A stretch of DNA of 19,661 bases, taken from Candidatus Thorarchaeota archaeon. GTDB taxonomy: Archaea; Asgardarchaeota; Thorarchaeia; Thorarchaeales; Thorarchaeaceae. The translations under genes and the position numbers were made by a program. Position 1 is the first letter of the stretch; every line of letters starts with the position of its first letter. The stretch spans positions 1-19,661 of the forward strand of contig JBHLRS010000004.1 of NCBI GenBank assembly GCA_048882325.1, read 5' to 3'. Positions 17,904 to 19,661 of this stretch are shown in pieces. The notes beneath the pieces are model-generated. The model worked only from the letters and a program-made list of their open reading frames with translations, was not told the DNA's origin and made no database searches.

Positions 17904-18020
17904 TAGGTGCGCACAAAATCCTGTGCCTGACGCATGAAAAGCAGATTCATTGCAACCCAGTACTGGGCTCTCCTCGCTCACTATGACGCCAGGCATTAGG
18001 TGGATCCTGTGCGCATCCTA
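17904..18020 (-). ncRNA. Structured intergenic RNA; candidate K-turn-containing box H/ACA guide RNA
   Basis: Nested stems with G:U pairs that favour the minus strand, a K-turn-like motif, an internal pocket and an ACA triplet 14 nt below the pocket top. Confidence 0.55.
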
Positions 18021-18072
18021 GAAACCGCGTGCATGCTAATAACATAATCGAGAGGGGCACACTATCAAAACA

Positions 18073-19503
18073 TCATTGGGGAAGATATGCTTCCACCTCT
18101 CTGAGATCTTGTTCCCTGAAACGACTTCGTGAAAGACTTCCACTCAGAAGAGTTCCAAGAATAGAGGGTTCTTTGAGAAGATCACGTGAGAGGTAAGCTT
18201 TGCCGCCTGAAGCACGAGCAACAAGATAAGCTCCGAACGTCTTTCGGAATTCTTCCACCATTAGAATAGTTTCTATCGGATCATTTAGTCCTTCTTTTTT
18301 CATTCTCAGCATAGCTGCAAGCTCCAGAGCTTCATGATAAGGGCGTTTGAGAAATCGAGGCCAATTTGATTGCTCGGGATCAACATTAACAGCAACCAAC
18401 CGCACCTTTGCCTTTCTTATGAGTCTTGCAGCTCGAACTAAATCCTGAACTGGAGTGTACTGTTCATGGCCAGGGCCAGCAGTCTGGGCAAGGGGAATGT
18501 TTGGTGAGAAATCGGATACAACTATGACAAGAGGTTCTACGTCATCATTTCTCATTCGCTCCCTTCTTATGGTTTCTAAAGATTTCTTGAGGGCCTCAGC
18601 AATTGGAGTTAGTCCTGAGATACGTAACCGACCCAATGCCCGATAGATCTTGTTCCAGTTAGTTGTAGGCACTTGAATCTCAACTGCTCCGCTGTCCTTG
18701 AATGCAATGATACCGGTACGGTCTTTGGACCCCCGTGTTTCACTTTCTATTCGTTCAAGAAACTCTCGCACCTGTTCCATGCTTCCCTTCATAGACAGAC
18801 TGACATCGATGACTAAGATTATGGTTAATGGAGTCCTACCTGTGAAGACACTCTCTCGTAAGTCATCTCTTGTGATTCTGATGGCATCATCTTCAGTGCG
18901 TCCTGTACGTGCTACAGCTGCAAGCACAGTGGTTGGAATGTGAATGCTACTTGGCTCGCCAGTGGGGATTCGTGATCTCACTGGTCGACCGTGTTTCATT
19001 GTATCAGATGATTTCAGAGACCCTGTAGCCCTAGAACTCACTCTCTTCTTTACCCACCCTCCGGATGACACTCGTGCTCTAATCATGGCACGTTTCTGAA
19101 GTTTCTCTAGATCGAAAAGCTCCTCCCCAGTATCGATATCAGGCATCTTGACAAAGAAGCCATCATCAAGTCCAAACGGGGCCTCTCGTATCTCAGACTT
19201 GGAGCCTGACACCATATCAGGTGTTTCGGGAGTGTAGGGTCTGGTGGCCAGTCCCCACTCATCACCAGGCTCGGGTCTTCCGCCACCAGGTTCAACTGTA
19301 TCAATTCCTGCAGCTGGTCCTGTGTTCCTTCGAGTCATGACTTCAAGCCATTTTCTAATAAGAAAATACATCACTGGTGCAATGACTACGGTATCAATGA
19401 ATAAGACAGGTATTGGTGGAAACTGCAGAATTTGGAGGCCGAACAACCAGTTAATCGGACTGATATATATCCAGGCAAACCAAATGAATGCTACAAACAT
19501 CAT
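18073..19503 (-). CDS. ChlD-type (Mg/Co chelatase medium subunit) vWA domain preceded by a two-TM hairpin; probably the 3' part of a -1 frameshifted gene
   Basis: HGRPVRSRIP...TTVLAAV...DDLRE, MIDAS IDVSLSM, DRTGIIAF, GLTPIAEAL and VVSDFSPNIPL match the ChlD C-terminal half. The frame stays open upstream of the ATG through the A9 run. Confidence 0.85.
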   Translation of the reverse strand: MMFVAFIWFAWIYISPINWLFGLQILQFPPIPVLFIDTVVIAPVMYFLIRKWLEVMTRRNTGPAAGIDTVEPGGGRPEPGDEWGLATRPYTPETPDMVSGSKSEIREAPFGLDDGFFVKMPDIDTGEELFDLEKLQKRAMIRARVSSGGWVKKRVSSRATGSLKSSDTMKHGRPVRSRIPTGEPSSIHIPTTVLAAVARTGRTEDDAIRITRDDLRESVFTGRTPLTIILVIDVSLSMKGSMEQVREFLERIESETRGSKDRTGIIAFKDSGAVEIQVPTTNWNKIYRALGRLRISGLTPIAEALKKSLETIRRERMRNDDVEPLVIVVSDFSPNIPLAQTAGPGHEQYTPVQDLVRAARLIRKAKVRLVAVNVDPEQSNWPRFLKRPYHEALELAAMLRMKKEGLNDPIETILMVEEFRKTFGAYLVARASGGKAYLSRDLLKEPSILGTLLSGSLSRSRFREQDLREVEAYLPQ

Positions 19504-19547
19504 GATTGCGCAGATGGTCCCCTTGATAGGATCACCGCGGGGATTCC

Positions 19548-19661
19548 TTATTCCTCCCGTAGTTTTTTTTTGCCTTCCTGTCTGCCACCTGTGGCAAATC
19601 TCGATCCCCGACCGAATCGTCCTCCACTGACTCTAGGACCCTTTTTATCATCCTCTTCATC
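19548..19661 (-). CDS. 3' end of an upstream ORF (partial), probably the linker end of an AAA+ ChlI/ChlD-like protein
   Basis: The frame from the window edge reads DEEDDKKGPRVSGGRFGRGSRFATGGRQEGKKKLREE* (TAA at 19550-19548). Identity is inferred from context only. Confidence 0.55.
   Translation of the reverse strand, partial: DEEDDKKGPRVSGGRFGRGSRFATGGRQEGKKKLREE
19563..19571 (-). other. A9 slippery sequence; candidate -1 frameshift or transcriptional slippage site
   Basis: GGC AAA AAA AAA CTA in the upstream frame. The -1 frame reads AAA AAA ACT ACG GGA... without a stop into the vWA ORF. Confidence 0.6.

Noticed and set aside
17933-17986. SECIS interpretation of the intergenic hairpin
   Set aside because: The AUGA/GA elements are in reverse order relative to eukaryote-like SECIS, there is no apical AAR, and no neighbouring gene has a convincing in-frame Sec UGA.
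17884-18072. SRP RNA, RNase P RNA or tRNA
   Set aside because: Too short for SRP or RNase P RNA, and lacks the SRP helix 8 motif, the RNase P GAGGAAAGUCC motif and a cloverleaf.

Overview
Gene-dense archaeal chromosomal window, most likely Asgard (Thorarchaeia-like). That assignment is inferred from gene content and GGAGG/GAGGTG ribosome-binding sites, not proven. No mobile elements, CRISPR arrays, rRNA or tRNA genes were seen. Recognisable genes: MBL-fold hydrolase, GIY-YIG (DUF123) nuclease, tungsten aldehyde:ferredoxin oxidoreductase with its 4Fe-4S partner, ilvE, gdhA, PAC2-like chaperone, divergent PRPP synthetase, uridine phosphorylase, short alpha3-truncated histone, surE, AIR-synthase/HypE-like protein and a ChlD-type vWA protein. 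Most notable observations: (1) an A9 slippery run that joins, by a -1 shift, an upstream ORF to a transmembrane-hairpin plus ChlD-vWA ORF, a candidate programmed-frameshift chelatase-like gene with a membrane-anchored long form; (2) an unannotated intergenic K-turn hairpin with H/ACA guide geometry and a pocket strand complementary to 23S helix 69; (3) a 4-TM protein with a probably cytoplasmic HhH domain head-to-head with the histone; (4) several possible eukaryote-like folds: a longin-like large helical protein missed by the ORF track, a tandem PH/GRAM-like zinc-ribbon protein, a CdvA/SHOCT-like coiled coil and an Sm/Hfq-like protein. All family calls are from motif recognition by eye; no searches were run.
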